The notes under the pieces: model-generated
Database searches by the model: none
The model's input: only the letters and a program-made list of their open reading frames with translations
What the model was told of the DNA's origin: nothing
Position numbers and translations under genes: made by a program
From: Candidatus Brocadia sp.
GTDB taxonomy: Bacteria; Planctomycetota; Brocadiia; Brocadiales; Brocadiaceae
Reading direction: 5' to 3'
Assembly: GCA_011525665.1 (NCBI GenBank)
Contig: WYAU01000093.1
Span: 3,793-67,792 of the forward strand
Length of the DNA: 64,000 nucleotides
Part shown: positions 47,810 to 56,435 of the stretch, one piece after another
Layout of the letters: the number at the start of each line of letters is the position of its first letter
How positions within the stretch are numbered: position 1 is the first letter of the stretch

Positions 47810-48820
47810 ATGAAAGAAGCAATGTTTTTTGAAAAACTCGGGAATAACAGGGTTAAGTGTCATCTCTGCCGTCATCACTGTGTCATTGATGATGGCAAAA
47901 GGGGTATTTGCCGGGTCAGGGAAAATCATGGTGGCACGCTCTATTCTCTTGTTTACCGGAAACTCGCTTCTGAGAATATCGACCCTATTGAAAAGAAACC
48001 TCTTTTCCATTTTTATCCGGGCAGTAGCGCCTTTTCTGTGGCAACGGTGGGATGTAATTTCAGATGTCTGAACTGTCAAAACTATGAGATCTCCCAATTG
48101 CCAAAGGATCATGACAGGATCACAGGCAGAGACGTTGCGCCGGAACAGATCGTTGATGATGCCGTAAATCATCATTGCACGAGTATTGCTTATACCTATA
48201 CGGAACCAACCATTTTTTTTGAATATGCATATGAAATTGCAAAAATAGCAGCACGAAAAGCCATAAAAAATATATTTGTAACAAATGGATATATTACCCG
48301 TGAAGCCCTAGCAACAATAAAACCGTATCTTCATGCTGTAAATGTAGATTTAAAAAGCTTTTCTGAGGAAAGATACAAAAGGCTCTGTGGCGCACGGTTG
48401 GACCAGGTGCTTGATTGCATCCGTTCCTATAAAGAGATGGGCATCTGGATAGAAATTACCACATTAATCATTCCGGAAATTAACGATACGGAGCCTGAAT
48501 TGAAACGAATTGCAGGATTTATCAGGGAAGTAGGCCCTGAAATTCCGTGGCATGTAAGCCGCTTTTACCCACGGTACAGGCTGATAGAAAAACCGCCGAC
48601 TCTGATAGACACGCTCAGAATGGCCAGAGAAATCGGCCTTGCGACGGGGCTACGCTATGTTTATGAAGGCAACGTACCGGGCGAAGGCGGGGAAAATACT
48701 TATTGCTATCAATGTAAAAAAATCCTTATCCGGAGGTATGGCTATCAGATCGTTGAAAACAATATCATCCATTCAAGATGTCCTGCATGTGATGCAGTGA
48801 TTGACGGTATCGGCATGTAG
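47810..48820 (+). CDS. Radical SAM enzyme of the PflA/AmmeMemoRadiSam type
   Basis: 336 aa. N-terminal CHLCRHHCVIDDGKRGICRVR cluster motif, then the radical SAM CNFRCLNCQN (CxxxCxxC). C-terminal CYQC...CPAC. Confidence 0.75.
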   Translation: MKEAMFFEKLGNNRVKCHLCRHHCVIDDGKRGICRVRENHGGTLYSLVYRKLASENIDPIEKKPLFHFYPGSSAFSVATVGCNFRCLNCQNYEISQLPKDHDRITGRDVAPEQIVDDAVNHHCTSIAYTYTEPTIFFEYAYEIAKIAARKAIKNIFVTNGYITREALATIKPYLHAVNVDLKSFSEERYKRLCGARLDQVLDCIRSYKEMGIWIEITTLIIPEINDTEPELKRIAGFIREVGPEIPWHVSRFYPRYRLIEKPPTLIDTLRMAREIGLATGLRYVYEGNVPGEGGENTYCYQCKKILIRRYGYQIVENNIIHSRCPACDAVIDGIGM

Positions 48821-48842
48821 TGCAAAGGTAAAAGGAGATCTC

Positions 48843-49301
48843 ATGATTAAATTAAAAAAGATACTATGCCCTGTAGACCATTCCGAATGTTCGTATCTCG
48901 CCTTAAAGTATGCTATTTCTCTGGCATTAAAAGACGAGGCAAAATTATATCTTATGCACGTGATAGACACCCGTTTGTACGATACGGAAATATACAAATT
49001 CAGCCCTTATAAGATCAGTGAGATTGATATTGTGAAAATTCGTGAAGATTTGATGAAAAGCCTGCCAGAAGGCACAACAGACGTCCTGGAGGTGGAAACG
49101 ATTGTGGTAAAGGGTGTGCCATTTTATGAGATTGTCAATGCAGCGGAGGAAATCGGCGCTGACATTGTAGTGATCGGAACCCATGGCAGAACGGGACTTT
49201 CCCATGTTGTCATGGGCAGCGTGGCGGAAAAGGTGGTACGAAAAGCCCCCTGCCCCGTGCTTACCGTCAGAATTCCCCCTTCACTGCCGAGTAAGAATTA
49301 A
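48843..49301 (+). CDS. Universal stress protein (UspA family)
   Basis: Internal start MIKLKKILCPVDHSE with an AAAGGAG SD. C-terminal VIGTHGRTGLSHVVMGSVAEKVVRKAPCPVLTV motif. Confidence 0.85.
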   Translation: MIKLKKILCPVDHSECSYLALKYAISLALKDEAKLYLMHVIDTRLYDTEIYKFSPYKISEIDIVKIREDLMKSLPEGTTDVLEVETIVVKGVPFYEIVNAAEEIGADIVVIGTHGRTGLSHVVMGSVAEKVVRKAPCPVLTVRIPPSLPSKN

Positions 49302-49334
49302 ACGTGTGACTTTATTGATAATTGCTTAAAAATA

Positions 49335-49376
49335 AGCCATTGCAGCATTATGGTTCACACTGCAATGGCTCTTTTT
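49335..49376. terminator. Bidirectional rho-independent terminator between usp and the NrdD-like gene
   Basis: Perfect 11-bp stem AGCCATTGCAG-N14-CTGCAATGGCT followed by CTTTTT. An A-run precedes it, which reads as a T-run for the minus strand. Confidence 0.7.
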
Positions 49377-49416
49377 ACAAAGGGGTCATTGGGAGAAATC
49401 TACCTTTGTTTTATAG

Positions 49417-49812
49417 TTACCGTACTGAATATTTTCCCATATGCCTGTCGTGTAATTCACCAATTTTTGACTTATTCCAGTTAGATACCCGGCTATAATA
49501 TCCTACGATGCGGGTAACCCCATGAAGACGAGTGGTTATTCCCGTTTCAAGGGCATGGATAATCGATTCCAAATCCTGTCGTATCACTGAATCCACATCT
49601 ATAGCAAATGCACATTCCAACTTGTGATTAATAATTTTTAAACAATCCTCTTTTGGTGTATTTCCAGGGATTTCACCATCGATCTCTAAAAACTCATGGC
49701 CTTCCATTACCTCATCAAAGGCATTCAGCTTCTCTTCAATAAAGAACTGGATGTCCTCGCCGTCTCCAACCTTTCCCCCTATCGCAGGATTTCCCAATAT
49801 AGCTGTTGTCAT
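49417..49812 (-). CDS. Stand-alone NrdD-type glycyl-radical domain protein (131 aa)
   Basis: Strong AAGGAG SD about 10 nt upstream of the ATG. C-terminus HGVTRIVGYYSRVSNWNKSKIGELHDRHMGKY matches the extreme C-terminal glycyl-radical loop of class III ribonucleotide reductases (R-I/V-x-G-Y...W-N-x-x-K-x-x-E-x-x-D-R). Confidence 0.6.
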   Translation of the reverse strand: MTTAILGNPAIGGKVGDGEDIQFFIEEKLNAFDEVMEGHEFLEIDGEIPGNTPKEDCLKIINHKLECAFAIDVDSVIRQDLESIIHALETGITTRLHGVTRIVGYYSRVSNWNKSKIGELHDRHMGKYSVR

Positions 49813-50062
49813 TTCGCCTTATCTCCTTATATGCATTTTTAGTAATTCCTTTACCCAGTAACGATTTGCTTTTGCAAATACCCTCTTTTTTTTCAGTATA
49901 AAACTTTTGCACATGCTCCAATTATTCCTATTTTCTCAACAACAAAAATCTTCTCTGATCACCTCCCTTCCTCTGAAAAATGATTTATACCTTTATGCTA
50001 TATGTTGTACATCACTATGGTTGTATATCTATATCATAAAAAAAAACTTTGTCAAGAACAAA

Positions 50063-50078
50063 ACACAATATTTTGTAT
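50063..50078. promoter_or_regulatory. Candidate NrdR box 1
   Basis: ACACAATATTTTGTAT versus the published consensus acaCwAtATaTwGtgt, 14/16 by hand count. Confidence 0.5.
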
Positions 50079-50093
50079 ACCCCAAGAGTGTAT

Positions 50094-50109
50094 ATACAAT
50101 ATATTGGTA
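50094..50109. promoter_or_regulatory. Candidate NrdR box 2
   Basis: ATACAATATATTGGTA with a perfect CAATATATTG core, 12/16 to consensus. Its centre lies 31 bp from the box 1 centre. Confidence 0.45.
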
Positions 50110-50247
50110 TTTAACTGCTCTTTTTATAAATACTTACGATTTTGACAAACAATCTGCAACCAATCAATCTGTTGTAGGGGAAAGATTTATTTTCCTTGGA
50201 AAAATTTTTATTGAAAGACACTCCCCTAGTTAGTAAAATCCAGCATT

Positions 50248-50898
50248 GTGAAAAAGGCTGCTATATTTGATATTGATGGTACAATAATAAAAAACATCTC
50301 TTCGGAAAGGGTACTTTTCCGTTTTCTTATTGAGAAAGGGATTGTTACTTCCAAAGATTTGTTACGATTTGCGAATATTTTTTTAAATAAACTTTTGTTT
50401 TTCAAAGGGTTATATATCAGGAGAAATAAATATTACCTCAAAGACAAGGAATACGAAAAGATCGTTTCAGAAATAAATGAATGTTTTAGAAAACGGATTT
50501 CACCGCATATTTCACCAGTTGCTTTAGAAGAGATAAGCAGGTTAAAAGCCGACGGATATATGATTATATTGTTGTCGGGGACATTGAACCCTTTTGTTGA
50601 CTGTTTCAAACAATACTGCAATGCCGATATAGGCGTGGGGACCGGACTTGCCGTTAATGATGAAGGAGTAATTACCGGAGAAATAGATGGCATACATTCC
50701 TACAGCGGTGGAAAGGCAAAGATTGTAAATCGCATGGTTGCTGAGCACAACATCGATCTGGCGTCTTCTCTGGCCTATGCGAATCAATACGTAGACATAA
50801 AATTTATGCGTATGGTGGGGTATCCCGTGGCCGTCAACGCAAGTCCCCTGCTTCGCGTTTATGCAAAGTTTAATCGTTGGAAGATTGTAGAATTTTGA
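50248..50898 (+). CDS. HAD-IB family hydrolase (phosphoserine phosphatase-like)
   Basis: 216 aa with a GTG start. Motif I AAIFDIDGTII, motif II LLSGT, and a cap-domain insertion typical of subfamily IB. Confidence 0.8.
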   Translation: MKKAAIFDIDGTIIKNISSERVLFRFLIEKGIVTSKDLLRFANIFLNKLLFFKGLYIRRNKYYLKDKEYEKIVSEINECFRKRISPHISPVALEEISRLKADGYMIILLSGTLNPFVDCFKQYCNADIGVGTGLAVNDEGVITGEIDGIHSYSGGKAKIVNRMVAEHNIDLASSLAYANQYVDIKFMRMVGYPVAVNASPLLRVYAKFNRWKIVEF

Positions 50899-50910
50899 GA
50901 GGAAGGGTAC

Positions 50911-51414
50911 ATGGATATCTATGAGGTCGTGAAGAAAAGGCGAAGCGTTCGTTCGTACAAATCAGAACCCGTTGAAGAGGAAAAACTAAAGCGGATACTG
51001 GATGCGGCGCTCTCAGCCCCCAGCGCTGCAAACAGGCAACCTGTCTGTTTTTTCGTCATTCATGATGGAAAAATAAAGCAACAATTAAAAAAGGCCTATG
51101 ATGAAGAATGGTTTTATACGGCGCCGGTAATTATCTGTGCCTGTAGTCTTCCGGAAAGGGCATGGAAGCGAAGCGATGGAAAAAACTATGCAGATATTGA
51201 TGCCACGATTGCTATGGACCATCTCATCCTTGCTGCAACGGCTGAAGGGTTGGCTACCTGCTGGGTTGCTGCGTTTAAAGTGCCACTCGTAAAATCGATA
51301 CTAAATCTGCCCCCCGGAATTGAGCCCCTTGCATTGACGCCGCTTGGATACCCGTCACATATCCCGGAACCGACCTATCGCAAGCCTCCGGAGGAAATGA
51401 TTCATACCCTTTAA
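50911..51414 (+). CDS. Nitroreductase family protein
   Basis: 167 aa. KKRRSVRSYKSEPVEEEKLKRILDAALSAPSAANRQP. Confidence 0.85.
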   Translation: MDIYEVVKKRRSVRSYKSEPVEEEKLKRILDAALSAPSAANRQPVCFFVIHDGKIKQQLKKAYDEEWFYTAPVIICACSLPERAWKRSDGKNYADIDATIAMDHLILAATAEGLATCWVAAFKVPLVKSILNLPPGIEPLALTPLGYPSHIPEPTYRKPPEEMIHTL

Positions 51415-51869
51415 CGGGAAACGGGCATCTTTAACCGTTCCCGTAATTCTTCTGCATTTTGAATGACCATTTTCTGGCGTTCATGCTTTGGCATCTCTTT
51501 TAAAGGATCTAACTGGTAAGTGAAGTAATGCTCATCCTTCAGTTTCAAGGGTATCACGATCTCAGAAAAAAAGTCCAGGGGTAAAATCTGATAAAAAGGC
51601 GGTTTGATTTTTTGATAGGCGATCTTTCTTTCATACAGAAGCCTGCCCTCTGCATCAACTTTTTCCAATGTGATTTTTCGTGTTCCGTAGTAAGTAAAGG
51701 TTGTTGTCACCGGCGTCTCGCCGATAGGCTCGTCATCCAGAAAGACCATGGCGCCTGCGGGTTCAGAATCGATCGTGAGGGTCCGGAGCACACACCCGCA
51801 AAGTGCGGCGCAACTCAATGCACATAACACAACGGTTATGGTGGCGAGTTTTAAGAAATGTCGCGTCAT
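51411..51869 (-). CDS. PEGA-domain lipoprotein
   Basis: Internal start MTRHFLKLATITVVLCALSCAALCGC (lipobox-like). PEGA motif IDSEPAGAMVFLDDEPIGETP. The start abuts the stop of the upstream phosphoesterase gene. Confidence 0.6.
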   Translation of the reverse strand: MTRHFLKLATITVVLCALSCAALCGCVLRTLTIDSEPAGAMVFLDDEPIGETPVTTTFTYYGTRKITLEKVDAEGRLLYERKIAYQKIKPPFYQILPLDFFSEIVIPLKLKDEHYFTYQLDPLKEMPKHERQKMVIQNAEELRERLKMPVSR

Positions 51870-51870
51870 T

Positions 51871-52365
51871 TTACTCTTTGTCCACGGATATCGCTGAAAG
51901 ATCAATAATTTCAGCACACGATGTTTCGATGTCCAGCACCGCGACAGTACTCTTTCCATACAGCCACGCGCTGCACTCCCCAGGATTTACATATAAGGGG
52001 TTCCCTCCCTTCACCTCAGCGATATGCGTATGGGCGCTGATAATGATATCCGTATTCTTTTTTGATCTCCCCGAAAGACTCTCCATCATATGCGTAATCA
52101 TAATATGTTTTCCCTCTAAAAGAAGATCGAATGGTGGTTCATGGATGTTCCTGCAAATGTTTTTCAATCCCCTTCGTTCACCATCGTTATTCCCAAATAC
52201 GCCAATGAGCTTCGCATTGATCCTCATTAATTCTTTTAAGGAGAATGGGGCAACATAATCGCCGGCGTGTATTACATACTTTAAGTCCTGTGTATTAAAG
52301 AAACTAACGGCCTTTTGAATAGCTGCAATATTGTCATGCGTGTCAGCGATGATTCCGATCTTCAT
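51871..52365 (-). CDS. YfcE/MJ0936-family metallophosphoesterase
   Basis: 164 aa. MKIGIIADTHDN, HAGD, GNND and SAHTH motifs. Confidence 0.85.
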   Translation of the reverse strand: MKIGIIADTHDNIAAIQKAVSFFNTQDLKYVIHAGDYVAPFSLKELMRINAKLIGVFGNNDGERRGLKNICRNIHEPPFDLLLEGKHIMITHMMESLSGRSKKNTDIIISAHTHIAEVKGGNPLYVNPGECSAWLYGKSTVAVLDIETSCAEIIDLSAISVDKE

Positions 52366-52447
52366 TACGATGGATGAGAGTGATTATTGAGATATTCGGC
52401 ACTTGCGACTATCTGCTTGCAGCGAAACCGTCTATCGTGCACATACA

Positions 52448-52540
52448 TGGCGGAGAGGCCGGGATTCGAACCCGGGGTAGGGATTTAGTCCCTACAACGG
52501 TTTAGCAAACCGTCGCTTTCAGCCACTCAGCCACCTCTCC
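52448..52540 (-). tRNA. tRNA-Ser (anticodon GCT), CCA encoded
   Basis: GGAGAGG acceptor stem, anticodon arm ACGGT-TTGCTAA-ACCGT, long variable arm TGTAGGGACTAAATCCCTACC, T arm CCGGG-TTCGAAT-CCCGG. Confidence 0.9.
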
Positions 52541-52693
52541 GTTATCTGAATACTGTATTATAGAGATGTATATAAAATAAAACAACCACGGACATCCTCA
52601 ATCTCTAAATGGTGGAGGAATACACGTGGTTTTATCACTCTGTTTTAGCAGAACAACATACCAAAGTAACGGCGCTATACATGACAAAATACA

Positions 52694-52783
52694 TGGCGGA
52701 GGGAGTAGGATTCGAACCCACGGGAGACTCACGCCTCCAGCAGTTTTCAAGACTGCCGCCATAGTCCACTCGGCCATCCCTCC
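52694..52783 (-). tRNA. tRNA-Ser (anticodon TGA), CCA encoded
   Basis: GGAGGGA acceptor stem, anticodon arm GCAGT-CTTGAAA-ACTGC, long variable arm, TTCGAAT T-loop. Confidence 0.9.
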
Positions 52784-52812
52784 TCATTTTTCCGAATCCG
52801 TCCGAAACAGGT

Positions 52813-53331
52813 TTAAAACCCTTCTTCCGATTTACAAACTTCTTCTAAAACCTTTTTGGCAACAAAGATCGGCGTGTTCCGTTGCATTGCAAGTGCAATA
52901 GCGTCACTGGGCCGGGAATCGATCTCTACCAGTGAACCGTTTTGCTGTAGTATAATCTTTGCGTAAAAGGTGTTGTTCCGCAGATCGCTGATAACAATTC
53001 TTACCACTCCCGCATTCAGACCTTCAATGATATTTACAATCAGGTCATGCGTCAAAGGACGGGGGGTGGTAATTCCTTTCACTGCCCGATCAATTGCCCA
53101 TGCTTCGTGGAGTCCGATAACGATCGGAAAACTTCGCTGTCCGTCTTTTTCCTTCAGGACAATAATCTGATGATCGCTTGTCTCTGTAATTATAATTTTT
53201 GAGAGTTCCATAGGAACCATATACCGTCCCCTTTGTTCAAGCGACATCACTGCAAATCCAATCGCTCTTGTAATATTATCCTGCAAAATCTTCATTAATC
53301 TTGGCAAGCTTTTCTCATGCCCTCGCCCCAT
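52813..53331 (-). CDS. Bifunctional nuclease (BFN/DUF151) family protein
   Basis: Core VPMELSKIIITETSDHQIIVLKEKDGQRSFPIVIGLHEAWAI...PRPLTHDL...YAKIIL fits DUF151. The start is uncertain; internal Met codons at 53220 or 53211 are plausible. Confidence 0.7.
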   Translation of the reverse strand: MGRGHEKSLPRLMKILQDNITRAIGFAVMSLEQRGRYMVPMELSKIIITETSDHQIIVLKEKDGQRSFPIVIGLHEAWAIDRAVKGITTPRPLTHDLIVNIIEGLNAGVVRIVISDLRNNTFYAKIILQQNGSLVEIDSRPSDAIALAMQRNTPIFVAKKVLEEVCKSEEGF

Positions 53332-53545
53332 TCCCCCTCATTACGAAGGAAGATTAGATTGTGGCTTTGCAGCGTTATAGTACCTTGCGCATGGACAAAC
53401 TAACCAAAATTGTAGCACATCGACCCCTTTTGTCAAATGTTTTTTAGTTTAAAACTCTCCATATTATACGGCTTTCTGAGTTTTTGAAACTTTATTGACA
53501 CCCCTTAGATTGGCTGATATACTAACTTCACTTCTATAAATTCTT

Positions 53546-53567
53546 GTAGTGACAAGGTTGCCACTAC
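53546..53567. repeat. GTAGTG..CACTAC hairpin (family with 56732-56760 and 63889-63918)
   Basis: gtagtgacaa-gg-ttgccactac, a 10-bp stem with one mismatch. Confidence 0.5.
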
Positions 53568-53649
53568 GGTCTTTTCCGATTCATTCGGGTCAGGATAGTG
53601 ATCGTGAAACTTCTGTGAGACGTTCTTCCTGAATTAACAGCCCATGTAA

Positions 53650-54357
53650 ATGAAGTCGTATTTTCATCGTTCAAAAAGCCTGGCCAGCAGTTTTTTATTT
53701 ATTCTTCCCCTGCTGATTCTCTATGAAGTGGGCATCGCAATGCAGGGATCGGGCATCAAAAACGCTGCCGATGTTATTGTTAAAACACCCCTGAACTTAT
53801 TTGGCAAAAACGGTTCCCTGATATTTAACTCGCTGGTTATTGTTTTTTTATTTACATCCGTATTTTATATAGAAAATGAATATCGCTTCAGCCCCCTGAT
53901 ATTTATTCCGATGTTTCTGGAAAGCATGGTCTGCTCCCTTTTTATGGGCTATGCGCTTGGATTCCTTGTCTATAAGATATTATTCCCTTATGTGCTGGCA
54001 AAACCTTTTTCCACGGGTATAGGGGCGGGAATTATCCTTTCCGTTGGCGCAGGGGTTTATGAAGAAATTGTATTTCGGCTCCTTTTCCTGTCGGCGTTAT
54101 ATTATCTCTTCGCGGTCCTGTTAAAAATAAACAAACCGGTCAGTACAGCGGCAAGTATTCTGGTGGGCGCACTGATATTTGCCGGCATGCATTATGTGGG
54201 GGCTTTTAGCGACAGCTTTACGTATACCGGTTTTACGTTCCGTCTTTTGGCAGGAATATTTTTATCCGCCGTCTTTCTGTTTCGCGGATTGGGTATCGCC
54301 GTTTATACGCATGCTATTTACGACGTGCTTTCAGTGTTAAAGCCTTTTCACGTTTAA
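53650..54357 (+). CDS. CPBP-family intramembrane glutamic endopeptidase (CAAX protease-like)
   Basis: 235 aa, multi-TM. Motifs YEEIVFRLLF, FAGMHY and HAIYD. Confidence 0.8.
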   Translation: MKSYFHRSKSLASSFLFILPLLILYEVGIAMQGSGIKNAADVIVKTPLNLFGKNGSLIFNSLVIVFLFTSVFYIENEYRFSPLIFIPMFLESMVCSLFMGYALGFLVYKILFPYVLAKPFSTGIGAGIILSVGAGVYEEIVFRLLFLSALYYLFAVLLKINKPVSTAASILVGALIFAGMHYVGAFSDSFTYTGFTFRLLAGIFLSAVFLFRGLGIAVYTHAIYDVLSVLKPFHV

Positions 54358-54367
54358 GGGGGTTTGC

Positions 54368-54982
54368 GTGGAAAATATTATTGTCGGTATTACAGGGGCA
54401 AGTGGAGTCATCTATGGTCAGCGTTTCCTTCAAATCCTGTGCAGAAAGGACTACAATATTCATCTGTTAATATCAGACGCAGCAGCATTAGTTATTCAGC
54501 ATGAATTAGGAATCACTCTGGACCTCAGCCGCCCGGATCTTACGAAATTTTTGGGTTACACAACGGACAATGTCATCTATCACAGTAATTCAGACATTGG
54601 TGCAACTATTGCCAGCAGCCGATACCCCGTCAGGGCAATGGTCATTGTACCATGCAGTATGAATACCCTGTGCACCGTTGCCCATGGTATTTCAAACAAT
54701 CTCATTCAGCGGGCTGCAAGTGTAACCATCAAAGAGGGAAGAAAGCTTGTCGTAGTGCCGCGCGAAACACCACTATCTTCCATTCATCTGGACGCTATGC
54801 TAAGATTATCTTCCCTCGGGGCATGCATCCTGCCGGCTATGCCCGGATTTTATCATAACCCAAAAACGATAGATGATCAGGTGAACTTTGTGGCGGCACG
54901 GATACTGGATGTGATGGGTATAATACATACGCTCATTCCGGAGTGGCAGGGCGAAGAATGTATCAATACGCCGGATGCCTGA
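54368..54982 (+). CDS. ubiX: Flavin prenyltransferase UbiX
   Basis: 204 aa with a GTG start. IVGITGASGVIYG, VPCSMNTL and VVPRETPLS. Confidence 0.9.
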   Translation: MENIIVGITGASGVIYGQRFLQILCRKDYNIHLLISDAAALVIQHELGITLDLSRPDLTKFLGYTTDNVIYHSNSDIGATIASSRYPVRAMVIVPCSMNTLCTVAHGISNNLIQRAASVTIKEGRKLVVVPRETPLSSIHLDAMLRLSSLGACILPAMPGFYHNPKTIDDQVNFVAARILDVMGIIHTLIPEWQGEECINTPDA

Positions 54983-55025
54983 AGCTATTATAACAGGAAA
55001 GGAACCGTTTCGGATTTGTTGTGCT

Positions 55026-55313
55026 ATGGAAATTGACAAATTTCAAAAACTTATTGAAGACACGTATTTAAAAAAAGACACCCGGCGCGGTTTGTCCAAG
55101 ACCTTTATGTGGTTTACCGAAGAAGTGGGGGAACTTTCCCGCGCATTGAGAGAAAACAATAAAGAAGAGATGAAAAAAGAATTTGCCGATGTGCTTGCGT
55201 GGCTCTTTACCCTGGCAAGTCTGTCGGGTATTAAAATGAAAGAAACAATTAGCAAATACACCGCAGGATGTCCTGTTTGTAAAGGAATTCCTTGTATTTG
55301 TGAAGAAAAGTAG
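55026..55313 (+). CDS. MazG-like nucleotide pyrophosphohydrolase
   Basis: Internal start MEIDKFQKLIED. Motifs FTEEVGELSRAL and EFADVLAWLFTLA. C-terminal CPVCKGIPCIC. Confidence 0.7.
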   Translation: MEIDKFQKLIEDTYLKKDTRRGLSKTFMWFTEEVGELSRALRENNKEEMKKEFADVLAWLFTLASLSGIKMKETISKYTAGCPVCKGIPCICEEK

Positions 55314-55326
55314 ATAAAGAGGGTTT

Positions 55327-56412
55327 ATGACAGATACACAACATAACAACATACCACCCGGGGCGGGATGGCAACCCGTATACATCAAAAAGAGCAGGGG
55401 TGCCGGTTTCTGGGTTGCCGTTGGACTTGCCTCATTCTTTTTCCTCTGTACGCTTTTGCTATTCATGCTCTTTATCGGTTCCCTGGTCTTCAGCAAGGCG
55501 CTCATCACGAGCGCCACGACAAAAGGCAAAAAACAAGTCGCTGAAACCGTTGTCGAGGGGGGCGGAGAGGGCAAGGTTGCCATAATTCCCATCAAGGGCA
55601 TCTTGAGTAATGAATCGGCAGAGGGCCTGTTTGTAGAAAAACCCAGCATTGTCGAGGTCGTAAAACAACACCTGGAACAAGCCACAGGCGATGCCCATGT
55701 AAAAGCCATTCTGTTAGAAGTAGATAGCCCCGGTGGCGGCATTACGGCTAGCGACATTATCTATAATCAGATTATAAAATTCAAGGCCGTGACACAGAAA
55801 AAGGTTGTCGTCTATATGCAGGACATTGCGGCCTCCGGAGGATATTACATCTCCTCGGCGGCCGATGCCATCGTTGCGCATCCGACGACAATTACCGGGA
55901 GTATTGGAGTAATTATGCCGTTAATCAATGTGGCGGAACTCATTAACCGGTACGGCATAAAGGATAATTCCATTGCCTCCGGTAATCTGAAAGAGATCGG
56001 CTCTCCGCTGAAGCAGATGACCCCTGAAGAAGCAGCCGTTTTAAAGGGTATCATCGATGAAATGTATATGCAATTTATAAAAGTAGTTTCCACCGGCAGA
56101 AATATGGATATCGAAGCGGTAAAAAAGATCGCTGACGGAAGGATCTATACCGGCAAACAGGCCATCGAGCATGGATTAGTCGATCAATTGGGTTATCTGG
56201 AAGATGCCATTGGTTTAACGAAAAAACTGGCGGGGCTTACCGAAGCGACTATCGTAAGATATGAAGAACACTACGGACTGGCCGACCTTTTTGGCTTAAT
56301 GTCTAAAAAATTGCTTCAGAATAACACTATCAAGCTGGATATTTCTCAATTTCAAGAACGGGGTGATACCAGACCTATGTACCTTTGGAATGGGTATTCC
56401 AAGAGGGAATAG
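55327..56412 (+). CDS. sppA: Signal peptide peptidase SppA (36K type, S49 family)
   Basis: 361 aa with an N-terminal TM segment. LEVDSPGGG, AASGGYYISSAAD, GSIGV and GRIYTGKQA. Confidence 0.9.
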   Translation: MTDTQHNNIPPGAGWQPVYIKKSRGAGFWVAVGLASFFFLCTLLLFMLFIGSLVFSKALITSATTKGKKQVAETVVEGGGEGKVAIIPIKGILSNESAEGLFVEKPSIVEVVKQHLEQATGDAHVKAILLEVDSPGGGITASDIIYNQIIKFKAVTQKKVVVYMQDIAASGGYYISSAADAIVAHPTTITGSIGVIMPLINVAELINRYGIKDNSIASGNLKEIGSPLKQMTPEEAAVLKGIIDEMYMQFIKVVSTGRNMDIEAVKKIADGRIYTGKQAIEHGLVDQLGYLEDAIGLTKKLAGLTEATIVRYEEHYGLADLFGLMSKKLLQNNTIKLDISQFQERGDTRPMYLWNGYSKRE

Positions 56413-56435
56413 TTTATGAAATACAATGCAGTATT

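Noticed and set aside
55068-55757. 229-aa minus-strand ORF, and similar long antisense ORFs (9391-9921, 14312-14956, 31757-32413, 40684-41223, 60757-61239)
   Set aside because: Each lies entirely antisense to a confidently identified conserved gene (sppA/mazG, hypD, the kinase, gspF, pheS, the HD protein). Their translations are low-complexity or Cys/Arg-rich and they lack an SD. They are shadow ORFs.
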